NCBI GenBank assembly: GCA_951406725.2
Contig: OX597820.1
Span: forward strand, 75,268,001 to 75,332,000
From: Octopus vulgaris
Lineage: Eukaryota
DNA length: 64,000 bases
Reading direction: 5' to 3'
Positions within the stretch are counted from its first letter, which is position 1, and each line of letters opens with the position of its first letter. Positions 51,627-64,000 of this stretch are shown piece by piece. The notes under the pieces were generated by a model, which saw only the letters and a program-made list of their open reading frames with translations, was not told where the DNA came from and ran no database searches. The translations under genes were made by a program, and so were the position numbers.

Positions 51627-52200
51627 TAGCAAATATACCCGGCGTTGCTCGTGTTACATGCAATTGAAGAATTAGACTTTTCTGTTACATTTTCTGTAAT
51701 GAACTGGAGTATATATATGAACTGGAGTATATATGTTTCGAATTTCATCAAAATTGCAGATGAGGGTTATTTCCCTCTTTACACAACCTAAATAAATTGT
51801 AATCGTGCCACATGTATCCCATACTACTGATTTTTATGCGCATATTCCAAAATTCCAGTCTTATTGAACCTGTTAAAAGGATTTGGCTCCTGAAAAATGA
51901 AGGTCATGGAGCTCTAAAATGTGAGAGTTAAGGCCAATGTTGGGGGTGGGTGTCTTAATTTCAAGCAGAGAAGTTGAATTGTTGATAATCTTTTTAACTT
52001 GGGCCTTATATCTATTGTTTGAATTTCTTTGAAATAGGAAATATATGTTCCCTGGGTTTTTAAAAGAGAGCAAATCCACAGGAAACGGAAAGATGAATGA
52101 TCACAGTAAACAATTCGTTACCATTCCCAATGTACGATTCCTCACCATCCAGGTGACAGGCACAACCGTAAGATGCATTACGAATTTATAGCAATTTGAA
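51626..52200 (-). mobile_element. Helitron 3' end (internal extent uncertain)
   Basis: Minus strand cacgagcaacgccgggtatatttgCTAG|T, the same hairpin family as 15420-15447. Confidence 0.65.
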
Positions 52201-52674
52201 GAGCATGACCCAACTGAAATAAGCATTAACAACTGTATGACGTGAGAGCTAAGGAGAAATGAAAGTGTCACGTCAGGAGTTTGGAAATCACCACTATACT
52301 GATACGTAACTGGACAGAATAAATTTACAATCTATAAATGTCTTTGAAGAACCAGTCACTCATCTGGGAAGGCCTTGAAATCAATGTTACCATCTGGGGA
52401 CAAAGTGTGACCCAGTGAAAATAAAAAGACTGAAAGGGGGTCTGCAATCAAATAACTTTACTCAACATTTTGCAATTCCGGTGTGTAAAAGATTCTCACT
52501 GCTCACCGATTTATCGATTTCATTTGGCCGTGAATTTGTGTCATCGATCTCAAAAGTCCGAAACGGAAATTTTGTCTGGCCTGCATTTGAACCTAGAACA
52601 TAAACTCCTTAGATAAACACTACAATATATTCCATCTCACCTGTTAACGATCTTCCGCTCTTTCTGTTTGCTAA

Positions 52675-53114
52675 TATTGGTTTCAAATTTTGGCACAAGG
52701 CCAGCAATTTCGGAGATGTTAATAGATGATAACATCGACTCCAGTACACATATTATTCATCAACCACAAGAGGGTAAATGACAAAATCAACCTTTGTGGA
52801 TTCTGAACTCAGAACGTTAAGACGGACAAAATGCCACTATGCGTTTCATGCGGCATGCTAACGATTTTGCCAGCTTGCTGCCTTGATAAATATAATAATG
52901 ATTTCAACCTTTGATACAAATTCAGCAATTTCGCGGGAGGAGGTAAATCGATTACATCGACCCCAATACTCAACTGGTACTTATTCTATCGACCTCGAAC
53001 GGGTGAAAAGCAAAGCCGACCTCTGTGGAATTTGAAGTCAGAACGTAAAGATGGACGAAATTCTGCTACGCATTTTGCCCGGCGCTGCTAACCGTCCTGC
53101 TAGCTCGCCGCCTT
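52675..53114 (-). mobile_element. Two tandem SINE family B copies
   Basis: Two sets of gaactcagaacg and ttattctatcgacctcgaacgggtgaaaagc blocks; heads agctcgccgcctt. Confidence 0.85.
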
Positions 53115-53147
53115 CATAACAATAACAACAAGAGAAACAACAACAAC

Positions 53148-53239
<92 letters not shown>

Positions 53240-53271
53240 TGATGACAATGATAATAATGATGATGATGATG

Positions 53272-53302
<31 letters not shown>

Positions 53303-53303
53303 G

Positions 53304-53402
<99 letters not shown>

Positions 53403-53443
53403 ATATATATATATAAACATACTTGCATATACATACTTCTATA

Positions 53444-53509
<66 letters not shown>

Positions 53510-54859
53510 CACACATATATAAATGTATATATTATTTATAAATGCATGTATGTATATGTGTGTGCGTGGGAGGGTGAGTATGTGTGTGTGTGTTTTCAAG
53601 GCTCTTTGTATATCGCTGTTAAAAGTTTGAATTAAAAGCCACGTAATTTATAGCCCATAAATAATTGGTGAGTGCAACCACCCACGGATCTATATCGCTT
53701 CAGATCCATGTCGCTACACGCCGCTGTGCAGCATATTCCTTCCGTTAAATCAATTAAATTTACGTCGTTTCTTGAAGGGCACTCGAACTAAGACCCCAAG
53801 TGACAATTAATCAATTATAAATCGTATACAAAGATCTGAAAGAAACCTGCTCTTACTTGTTGACTCACCTTCCAGCATATAAACACAATATATTCATAAT
53901 AAAATGCTGTTATTGATTTCTTCCCTCAAGGAAAGTCAATTGTAAAGTTATCTATCTAGTTACAGGCCTCCATCTGTCTCAATAGACAACAATATTTGTC
54001 TCCATAGAGGCAACTCAATTCAGTTTTATTTTATTTAGATCCCAAGAAAATTCAGTTCTCTGCCTTTTAAAGTTATCAGATCAATATCTGCAGCATCAAG
54101 ATGGCTGCAATATCAAATGTTATCAAACCTCATTGGGACCAGTCTTCATACTTTATATCACGTATATCTTTCATTTTCAACATCATCCTTACCTTCCTAC
54201 ATACATTCACAAAGATACTGAACTGATTTGATCCTTAATTTATTGGAGTCTTCTTATTTCGCAAATCTTTGAGAAACAGAATAGGATATGATACAATGCA
54301 ACTTTCATTCATATGTCAAACATTCTGTATATTTAATAACGTATTATGTTGTCCCAATGTAGCATAAACTTTATACCCTTTTAACAAGATACCTTGGGAT
54401 TATATTGAAAATAAGGCGACAAAGGGCAAATTTGTTCGAATACCGGAAGCAATATGTTGCGATATTTGACACCTTCACATTATAGTCTAAGATCAAATCT
54501 TGCAGATACCTATTTCGACATTTATCCTTTTAGGATCGATCGAAAACAAAAGCGTTTATCAAGGGAAATGTATAGACGAAATTGTTAGAGTCGGAAGAGT
54601 ATTCTCACTCCGTATGATCCGTCTCGATCAGTTACGACATTAAGTCTTGCGACCTTGCTAGCTCCACACCTCGGAAAGCTTTTCGCTTGAAGATTGTCGT
54701 CGGCAGCGGCGTGGTATTATTGAACACAAATATATACACAACCGCTATCATTTAAAAAAAATATATACTAAATAAATTGTTTTACTTTGAAGAAGCAGAG
54801 TAGAATAGATCAAATAGATGCGTTTCGTTCGATAATTATGATAAATTTTTTGCTAGATG

Positions 54860-55145
54860 AAGGGAGTTGTCTGTTCCTGAGTTAAAGTACAAAGTGCTGA
54901 GAATTCCACACACGCGCACACAGTTAACGTCTTTCTCAGGTCGAATCAACACGACAGAGTTTGTAAAATCGAACGTTTCCAATGAAAAATACGATTTCAC
55001 TCCCACATTTGATAATGAGGACTCGTTTGTTGGCTCAACGGAGTTTTCTGCTCCTGAGTTAATGCATAATTCACCGAGCATTCCACAGTCATTGCGACTC
55101 CTAACGCATTTCTCAGGCTAAATAGACATGATACAGGATGTGATA
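54860..55145 (-). mobile_element. Two decayed tandem copies (177-bp period) of the SINE family E tail
   Basis: cctgagaaa..gtt...tgtggaat.ctc.g...ttaactcagga occurs twice; similar to 21650-21730. Confidence 0.6.
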
Positions 55146-55904
55146 GGGATGGTCGTTTTTTAATTAGTTACAATCCACTCCACGAAATTCCATAACATTT
55201 CCACCTACCCAGTTTCACACACAGGTATGAGACGACTCGAGGACATAGAACAATGCTTGTCGACGATTTTTATCCATAGATCCTTTTTATTCATATTCTA
55301 CTCGACTGGAGTCTCATAGACATTCGGTGTTCAAAAATTCCTTTTATATTTTTATAAAATTTTATTCGGAATTGTATTTGAAAAATTCTTAAATTAATTC
55401 AAGTATAACCAAATTATTGTACAGAAATCTTAGCAATAAAATCTTCGATGGATACCCAATGGTTATATGAACCCCGATTGAGGACCACTTATTTAGAACG
55501 TAGCATTTGCTGAATTGAGACCTCATTGTTATAAAGTGAACTTTGAACCATTCGGCCTTCTACACAGTCTCTAATGGTTTCATATTTTGGCACAATAGCA
55601 GCAGATTTAAAGGAATGGGTTACATTGATCCCAGTGCTTAACTGGCACTAATTGTAACTATCCCGAAATTATGAAAGTAAAGTTGACCCCGGTAGTGTTT
55701 GAACACGAAACGTAAGGAACCAGAATACACCCTCTATAATGGACACTAAAAGTTATTAATATTCAAATGTAATGGATAAATTTCATATTTAATAAAAAAA
55801 AAAAAAACCACCAGAGATCATTAGATGCAAATTATTTCGATTCACTGTAAATATAGTTTTGGAAGAGCAGTTATTGTTTGTTATGGTATCTTGTTTTATC
55901 CTTA

Positions 55905-56620
55905 TTTCCTACTCGTTTCACTCATTGGACTGCAGCCATTGTAGAGTGTCACCTTCAGGAATTTTAATCGTATGAATCGACCTAAGCCTGTTTACTTTTA
56001 GTATTCTTTTCTTTTGAGGAGCCGCTAAGGAGGGGGGAAGGGCGTAAACGCATTAACACCGGTTGTCAAGCGGTGATGAGAGGCAAACACAGAGACAAAG
56101 ACACACACACACGACGGGATTTCAGTTTCTGCCTTCCAAATCCACACATAAGGCTTTGGTCAGCCCAAGGTTGTAGTAGAATACATTTGCCCAATGTGCC
56201 ATACAGTGGAACTGAACCCGAAACAATCTAGCTGGGAATCAAACTTTTTATCTCAGAGAGACGATTAGAAAAAAAAATATACCGATACTGAAGGAACAAA
56301 ATATCAAATCTTGAATGATGCCCCAAACCTACTTACAGTAATGGCTCTGCTACAGTCACAGTTATCTCGTTAAATTTAATGGATGCATCACGATCCACAC
56401 ATTATATTAGTTTTCAGACGACGCTCTGTGGTTAAGAAGTTGGTTTTGCAACCGTATATTTGATGGTCACCCTCACTGCGCGCCGCCTGGGGCATGTTTG
56501 TTATGCTAAAGCTCCAGCCCGACTAATGAGAGAATTTGTTAGACGAGAACGCTGAATTATACATATCCGTGTGTGCGTTGTGTGTGTGTATGTGTGTGTG
56601 TGTGTGTGTGTTTGTCTCCC
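55905..56620. mobile_element. Head-to-head SINE family A copies (- 55905-56255; + 56425-56620)
   Basis: Family A blocks on opposite strands. Confidence 0.7.
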
Positions 56621-56654
56621 CAAAACTGTCATTTACATACTGGTATTCTTTTCT

Positions 56655-57045
56655 ACTCTTGGTACAAGGCCCGAAATTTTTTGGGAAGAGTGGAGCCAGT
56701 CGATTAGATCGACCCCAGTACGCAACTAGTACTTAATTTATCGACCTCGAAAGGATGAAAGGCAAAGTCGACCTCGGCGGAATTCGAACTAAGAACGCAA
56801 AGCATTTCATCCGGCGTGCTAACGTTTCTTATTTCTTTATTACCCACAAGGGTTAAACATAGAGAGGACAAACAAGGACAGACAAAGGGCTTAGGTCGAT
56901 TACATCGACACCAGTGCGCAAATAGTACTTAATTTATCGAACCCGAAAGGATGAAATGCAAAGTCGACCTCGCGGGAATTTGAACTCAGAACGTAACGGC
57001 AGACGGAATACTGCTAAGCATATCGCCCGGCGTGCTCGCCGCCTT
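56655..57045 (-). mobile_element. Dimeric SINE family B, well conserved
   Basis: Two cores; junction identical to 3863-3891. Confidence 0.92.
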
Positions 57046-57289
57046 ATTTATATGCTGGTATTCGTTTCTTTATGTACACGGTGCGGTAAAAAAGCCAGAT
57101 AATAATCATCCGACTTTGCAAAATAAATACTTTTCGTCTAATCCGTTCAAGGCGGTGCCACCGAATGGCCACAGTCCAATGACCAAAATAAGCAAAGAAA
57201 AAGCATAAGCGAAAGCATTCGTCTTAATCACATTTGTGAGCGTGTTTCTTTCCTCAGCTGAAGTCAGCATTTTAATAGTATTGAGGCTG

Positions 57290-57665
57290 CCATCTAGCAG
57301 AACTTTTAGCACGCCAGGAAAAACGGCTTAGGGGCATTTCATCCGCCTTTTCTTTCTCTGTTCAAATTCCACCGACATTGATTTTGCCTTTCGTCTTTCC
57401 AGGGACGATAACATAAGAACCAGTTGAAAGCTGGCGTCTATGTAATCAACTTACCCTCCCTCCACAAATTTCTGACCTTGTGCTAGATATTTAAAACCAA
57501 TATTATAATAGTAGTAATATCCCTAAAGGCGGCGAGCTTCAGAATTGTTGGCACGTCGGCAACTGGGATTAACGACATTTCTACCGACTCTTTACGTTTG
57601 GAGTTGAACCTCCATGAAGGCTAACTTTGCTCTTCATCCATCGGGATTCATAAAATAAAGTGCTT
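57290..57665 (+). mobile_element. Degenerate SINE family B copies
   Basis: gttcaaattcc, ttttgcctttcgtcttt and aaggcggcgagc heads. Confidence 0.7.
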
Positions 57666-57687
57666 GTTCCCCAAATCCCTGATCTTG

Positions 57688-57994
57688 TGCATGTTTGCTC
57701 CTTCTCAAGCCATGCCTGGCTCATAGGGGCTGGTTTTCCGGTTTCCTTGGCGTATAGGTTCCCCACCTGGACGGGACACCAATCCGTCACAGGTGAGCTG
57801 CAAGATGCAGGACGAAAGAGAGAGAGAAAGTTGTGGCGAAAGAGTCAGCAAAAGTTCGCCATTACCTTCTGCCGGAGCCGCGTGGGGCTTAGGTGATTTG
57901 CTCATAAAAACACATATCGCTCGGTCTGAAATTCGAACCCGCGATCCCTCGACCGCGAATCCACTGCTCTAACCACTAGGCCATGTGCGTCCAC
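57688..57994 (-). mobile_element. tRNA-derived SINE, family D (V-domain-like core), full length
   Basis: Minus strand tggcctagtggttagagc A-box, gggttcgaattt B-box, and gtgacggattggtgtcccgtccagg resembling the V-SINE core. Confidence 0.85.
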
Positions 57995-58989
57995 CTTGTG
58001 CATGTTGTAGAAATAATTATCAATGTTTATAAGGGCAGCGAGCAGGCAAAACCTGTTGAACAAAATACCTATCTTGGCCTATGGCTTCCTGAGTTCAATT
58101 TCCGTCGTGTTCAATTTTGTCTTTCATCGCTTCGGCTTCAATAAAATAAAGTACCAGCTCAGTGGTGGTTTCATAATAATTGATTTTTGAATCTTTACCT
58201 TTTGACCGACAGATTTTAAAAATTATGTTTTTGTTACAAAAATCTATTTTGTAAATCTGTCGGTCAAAAGGGAAAGATCCTCGATTTTTACTCATCCATC
58301 AATATTGCTAGCCCTGTGCAAAACCAGAATGAATTATTTATTCTTAGAAATATATTCAAACATGAAATCTGCATCTCAATTTCTTAAATACATACTGCTT
58401 GTGTCAAGTCAGTATTTAATTTACGTTAGTGCTTTGAACCTTGAATATAAGACGCATTAATTAAATGTAAACAGTTCAACAGGAATTTAAAATGAATCCC
58501 TTCAAATATATGATTTTTTCTTACTGTCACGTGATAATCATTTTCGATTGCATTCATATTTAATTAAATTTGATTTCAAATATTTGATGAAAGTCTCAAA
58601 TTTTTTTCTTCTTTCGAAGAATTTGAGTAAATATTTCACCAATCAGAGAAGAGAAAAAAATAACTTTGGCATTCGTGATATTAGAATTAAAGTTTTAAGA
58701 AATATAACTACCTATCAAATTCAGTTTTTCGATTACTGCACTTGTGCTAATTACTATTTTCCGGTTAATTAGGCTTTCCTTTAAAATTAGAAAAAAATAT
58801 TGAATTATCTTTGTCTTCGTAAATTTCAAGCGATTTTTTGATAACGAATTTTCTTTAGTTTTCAAACGAGATAAATCTATTCACCACACACATACGTCAT
58901 GAAAAATAGGAGAATACCCTTCATATTTTGCTATTCATATAAAACATTTAGTTGTAGGACATTGATAAATATTTTAATTACGATTAAAA

Positions 58990-59383
58990 TATTGGTTTCA
59001 TGTTTTGGCACAAGACCAGCGTTATCGGGAGAGTGGTTAAGTCGATTAAACCGACCCCAGTGCTCAATTGGTACTTAATTTGAACTCAGGACCTAATGAC
59101 AGACAAAATGCTGCTATGCAGTTTGCCTGGCGTGCTAACGATTCCGCCAGCTCACCACCTGAATGACAATGAAAATATCGGTTTCAAATTAGGCCAGCAA
59201 TTTCGGAGAGGGTTTTATTCGATTAGACAGATCTCCACGTCCGGCAGGTACTTATTTTATCGGCCCTGAAAATTTGAAATCAAAATCCGCCTCGGCGGAA
59301 TTTGAACTCAGAACCTGAATGAGGCAGAAATGCCGTTAAGCATTTTGCCCTGCGGACTAAGGATTCAGCAAGCTCGCCACCTT
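58990..59383 (-). mobile_element. Two tandem SINE family B copies
   Basis: tttgaactcag twice; heads agctcaccacct / agctcgccacctt. Confidence 0.85.
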
Positions 59384-59588
59384 AATTATATTTAAAATAT
59401 TAACAGTAAGTCACCAAAAATCCTTCCTATCCAAACGTTAACCTCTCTGTATTGAACAGCTGGATACAGAGACACCTACGTCAAAGTTCGACCGACTTGG
59501 AATTGCAGCACTTTATGTCATGTTTTTGACTTGCTCCTTTGGGACTGTCCATTTGGTGTCGCAGAATCGATGCTAACATATTTGTCAT

Positions 59589-59751
59589 CGGCGTAGGAGT
59601 GCCTGTGTGGTAAATAGCTTGCTTACGAACCACATCGTTTCGGGTTCAGTCCAGCTGCGTGGCACCTTGGGCAAGTGTCTTCTACTATAGCTCCGGGCCG
59701 ACCAAAGCCTTGTGAGTGGATTTAGTAGACGGAAACTGATAGAAGACCGTC

Positions 59752-59791
<40 letters not shown>

Positions 59792-60025
59792 GTATGTGTG
59801 TGTATATGTTTGTGTGTCTGAGTTTGTCCCCCCAACATCGCTTGACAACGGATGCTGGTGTGTTTACGTCCCCGTAACTTAGCGGTTCGGCAAAAGAGAC
59901 CGATAGAATAAGTACTAGGCATACAAAGAATAAGTTCCGGGGTCGATTTGCTCGACTAAAGGCGGTGCTCCAGCATGGCCACAGTCAAATGACTGAAACA
60001 ACTAAATAAGTAAAAGAGTAAAGAG
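59589..60025 (+). mobile_element. SINE family A, full-length reference copy
   Basis: tRNA-like head (tgcctgtgtgg A-box, ggttcagtcc B-box), internal (TA)n(TG)n, core ccgatagaataagtact, tail ccagcatggccacagtcaaatgactgaaac plus taaaagag repeats. Confidence 0.95.
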
Positions 60026-60710
60026 ATGCTTTAATCTTTGTTGTAAGGTTTATTTCGTCTCTCTCTCTCCCTCTCCCTCTCTCTCACTCCTCCAGTCTTT
60101 CACTCCCTTTTTCTGTTTATGTATACGAGCATATTTTTCTCTATGTGAACGGAGAGAGAAATTATTTATGTCAGTCATATTCAATTAATAAATTGCAATG
60201 AACTGTTGCGCTTCAGAACACAACGCATCCGCTCGCCGCCTGTCCAGGAACCAGCAACACGATCTTGCAATCTTCATTATAACAACATGACACAGGGGCC
60301 ACGTATCTTCACATTCCAGCGCATTGTGGGTCTCAATATCTGGCAATACACACAATTAAATATAATGTTGATAGAATGAATGAATGAATGTTATATGAGG
60401 AGACTAAACGCTGGACGGTGTCTTTGTTACTAAACCGGATGACTTTGTTTGCATGGAGTCTTAGCTTTATGAGATGATCTCATCTGACTAGCAGCTAACC
60501 TCCGAAATCATTTAACCACAAACATTTAGTGCATGGTGCTATAATTCACCGATATGAAAATAAATTGAAGCTCAATAACAGAAAAAGAATTATTTACTGT
60601 GGAACGTTCTAAATTTAGTTACTTCAGAAAAATAAAGTTACCTGGTTTGTACTCGTCTTCCTGATACAGCGAGGCAGAGAGGGAGAGCGTGAAAAAGTGA
60701 GCGCGAGAAA

Positions 60711-60745
<35 letters not shown>

Positions 60746-60892
60746 GGGGGTATGTGTGTTTGTGTGTGAAAAAAGCAAGAAAAAAGCAATCATCTCTCAT
60801 CCGATCGTTGCATCCTACGAAAAATGGTGATAACCATTATTCGAGAAGCCAGAAAGTGTCTATATAAGAAAATAGTAGTAGTAGTAGTAATA

Positions 60893-60950
<58 letters not shown>

Positions 60951-61346
60951 GTAAAGAAGGGGAGGAAAGCAGAAGAAGAAGAAGAAGAAGAAGAAGAAGA
61001 AGAAGAAGAAGAAGAAGAAGAAGAAGAAGAAGAAGAAGAAGAAGAAGAAGAAGAAGAAGAAGAAGAAGAAGAAGAAGAAGAAGAAGAAGAAGAAGAATCT
61101 ATTATCGATATAATGCAGTGCATTCACGGGGAAAAGAATTTTTGCATGAATCTACTCAAGCAAAAGAAAAAAAAAAAGTTGCGCAGAGCAGACAGATCAA
61201 TAGTTACTTTATTAACACATAATATAACATCGGGCACCGGCCATCCCGAGCGCAGACTATTCATTTTACAGTTATATGACATATGCTACAATTGTATGGA
61301 AGATAGCCACTTAGCTATAAGCACAGTTATGGTTTAAATATATATA

Positions 61347-61382
<36 letters not shown>

Positions 61383-61630
61383 TGTATGAATGTATGTATG
61401 TATGTATGTATGTATGTATATATATCGATTTTAGAACAGATCGAATTGATAATAATTCAAGGAAGTGCTAAATATGTTGTGGAAGATGGGTCGATAATAC
61501 TTTTATGAGACAGGTGATGATTGAAGTGTGTACAATTGTTTAAACACATTTTATGCATTTCTCGAAATACCTTTGAAGGTAAAGAAAATGGTATGGAAAC
61601 AATAACCAGTTGAACTAAAATTACGCACAA

Positions 61631-61682
<52 letters not shown>

Positions 61683-61949
61683 AGAGAAAAGGTTGAAAAT
61701 GCATTAAATTTTTATATATAATTTTTTTCATTCACTTTGCTTAAACCAAGATGAACTTTTAAAAATAAAGGGTAAATAGTTTTCTTCTGTGTATGTAAAC
61801 AAAAGTAAATAAATACATGTATCTATGTCTCCGCCACCACCGTTTGACAATTGGTGTTGGTGTGTTTATGACTTTGGAACTTCTGAGGTTCGGCAAATAG
61901 CTATCGACAGAATAAACACCAAGCTTAAAATAATAATAAATACATGAAT

Positions 61950-62005
61950 CGGTACTTTAGCCTCGTTAATATGCCAACAGTCCGGATACTTATTGATCAA
62001 ACTAC

Positions 62006-62010
<5 letters not shown>
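61950..62010. mobile_element. Mariner-like terminal inverted repeat remnant
   Basis: tccggatacttattgatcaaactacgtg|TA resembles mariner ends. Confidence 0.5.
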
Positions 62011-62050
<40 letters not shown>

Positions 62051-62119
62051 AATTTAAAGGTAATGCTATGCACTTCGTAATAATCCTTTTTATATGTGTG
62101 TGTGTGTGTGTGTGTATAA

Positions 62120-62520
62120 TGCAGGGCGTGGCGTATAATCCCCGTCTAAACTCAATGTCGCCAACATTTCTCGGGTAATCAACAATACTCGATGAATGTC
62201 ACGTACAAAGCGGTGTTCCGTTCCAGTGAATGTTCGATGATTATTCTAAATGTGGTTATCTCATCTGTGCATGATATCTCCTATCAGAAACCAGATAGTT
62301 CATTTCGTTAAAATCTTCCCCTTCATCTTTCATCCTTTCAAGAAACGCCCGGTTAAACTTCTTTCCTGCGATAGAAAGGAATGTGGTCTTCCTGTAAGCG
62401 TAGTCCTTTATGTTATCTTCCTTTTAAGCTTCGAGGAAGTGACCACGTTTACAGTTTTATAATAGCATCTCTGTATCCCATTTCTACTTCAGAGAAGTTA
62501 CAGTCCGTGCTACTGTAGCA
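62120..62520 (-). mobile_element. Decayed RTE-like LINE RT fragment
   Basis: YRKTTFLSIAGKKFNRAFLERMKD...SCTDEITTFRIIIEHSLERNTALYVTFIEY matches RT domains 1-3 of RTE elements. Confidence 0.85.
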
Positions 62521-62637
62521 TCTAACCAATATCAAAAAATGTTTGGCAGAATTTAAGATATATATATATTATTCGAAATTTTACTGAAGTTTCAATGCGT
62601 GGCATGAGTAGCCTCTCTCCTAATGTTTCTATGTATT

Positions 62638-62790
62638 AAGGCGGCAAGCTCGCAGAATCGTTAGCACGGCTGGCAAAGTGCTTGGCGGCATTCGTCTGTC
62701 TTTACTTCCTGTGTTCAAATTCTTCCGAGGTCGACTTCATCTTTCGTCCTTTTGGGATCGATCAAATAAGTACAAGCTGAGCACTTTGTT
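62638..62790 (+). mobile_element. SINE family B
   Basis: aaggcggcaagctcgcagaatcgttagcacg head, gttcaaattc, gaggtcgactt. Confidence 0.85.
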
Positions 62791-63524
62791 GGAAATATTA
62801 GTGGCCTTGTTCCAAAATATGGAAGGAATATTTCCAAATATGCATTATTGCATGACATTCGTTCGCTTAAACGGCTTGAGACTATGTTCATTGATCGTCT
62901 ATCTCTAATTGGAACACGGACTTGTCTTAAATCTTATTACTTCTCCCAATGCGTCCACTGGTGTATAACAATAACATTTTTGTTAAAACACAGGCATATT
63001 GCACTCAGTTGATGTTTTATGTTGTTGTTCAACCTCAAGTCAAGATTTTCCATGTGAAGAGACATTTTCTCCTGAACATACAGTGTATTTCTATGTTTAA
63101 GCCTATTGGGTTTTCAGATAAATTCGTTTGCCTTTATTCTAGTTGGCTTCCTGTCGTCATATGTCTGAGATAAGCAAAAGTTATTTAAATTCTAAAAACG
63201 ATAAACATTAGTTGTAAAATAAGACAAAAGCAACAAAAATTCATAAAACCACTAAGAAAAATAGTTTTCGTATTCATTTAATTAACATCGGAAATGATTA
63301 AAATAGATGGAGAAAAAATTTAACTAGCAACCGAAAGTCGGTATGGAGAGATGGGAGAGAATTTAGACGTTGTAATTAACAACACGTAAACGACAACTCG
63401 TTATTCCATGAGCCTTCACAGTCAGTTTAAGATGCCAGCACACTTGTATCTATATCAGTTCTGAGGTGACCATCATTAGATGACAATTGGTATATCTATT
63501 TTTTTTGTTTATCGTTTATCTTTT

Positions 63525-63770
63525 GCTTGCTTTTGTCGTTAGATTACGGCCATACTGGGGCACCACATTGAAGGATTTTAGTTGAATGAATCGATCCACA
63601 GTACTTATTCAATCGATGACTTTTGCTGAACAGTAAAGTTAATGGAACGTAGACTCACGAACAGCGGTCATGAAGCAGTGGTAGAGGCACAGACACGGAC
63701 ACAAATAACAAACACACAAACATACAATCATACACACAGGCGCACATACACACACGCGCGCACAAATATA
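63525..63770 (-). mobile_element. SINE family A, degenerate 3' half
   Basis: cggccatactgggggcacc tail and agtacttattc core complements. Confidence 0.7.
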
Positions 63771-63779
63771 TATATATAT

Positions 63780-64000
63780 TGTTGTTTGTTCCTTCTCGAG
63801 TCATGCCTGGCTCATTACGGCCGGTTTCCCGGTTTCTTTGGCGAATAGGTTACCCAGCTGGACGGGACTCCGGTCCATCGCAAGTGAGCTGCAAGATGTA
63901 GGAGGAAAGAGTGAGAGAAAGTTGTGCCGAAAGAGTCAGCAGATGTTTCGCCATTACCTTCTGCCGGAGCCGCGTGGCGCTTAAGTGCTTCGCTCATAAA
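63780..64000 (-). mobile_element. SINE family D, cut by the window end
   Basis: Colinear with 57688-57910. Confidence 0.88.

Noticed and set aside
53850-54400. Faint minus-strand RT-like fragments (GIL..VYKVYA, ADIDLI)
   Set aside because: Too decayed to assign by eye; possibly an old LINE
54836-55121. Overlapping 84/81-aa ORFs with an internal in-frame peptide repeat (SVPEL..IP..LT.FSG twice)
   Set aside because: The 177-bp repeat matches the SINE family E tail at 21650-21730; the open frames are probably chance
57925-57994. tRNA-like sequences (also at the heads of families A, B, C and E)
   Set aside because: They have A/B boxes but no complete cloverleaf and continue into SINE bodies

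Overview
This is AT-rich, non-coding eukaryotic (animal) DNA saturated with microsatellites ((TA)n, (CA)n, (GA)n, (CTAT)n, (AAT/AAC/GAT)n, (TTC)n) and interspersed repeats. The repeat families and microsatellite load look like an octopus/coleoid cephalopod genome (inference, not proven). No intact host gene is visible, and most of the ORF track is microsatellite or SINE artefact. Identified elements: at least four tRNA-derived SINE families (many copies); decayed LINEs of the CR1, RTE, Tx1 and R4/Dong types; a Penelope-like element (PLE) fragment; Tc1/mariner and hAT remnants; Helitrons; a probable solo LTR; a ~2 kb tandem duplication; and a 189-bp spacerless palindrome. Most interesting: (i) two minimal hammerhead-ribozyme cores 343 nt apart just downstream of the PLE fragment, plus three variant hammerhead-like motifs in (TA)n-embedded elements; (ii) two SINE/LINE partnerships readable inside the window, namely a SINE whose 3' tail matches a Tx1-clade LINE and a SINE sharing a covarying 3' stem-loop with a CR1-type LINE; (iii) a Tx1 element sitting precisely in a (CTAT)n array. 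A few low-confidence candidate host exons are flagged. All alignments were done by eye, so boundaries of decayed elements are approximate.
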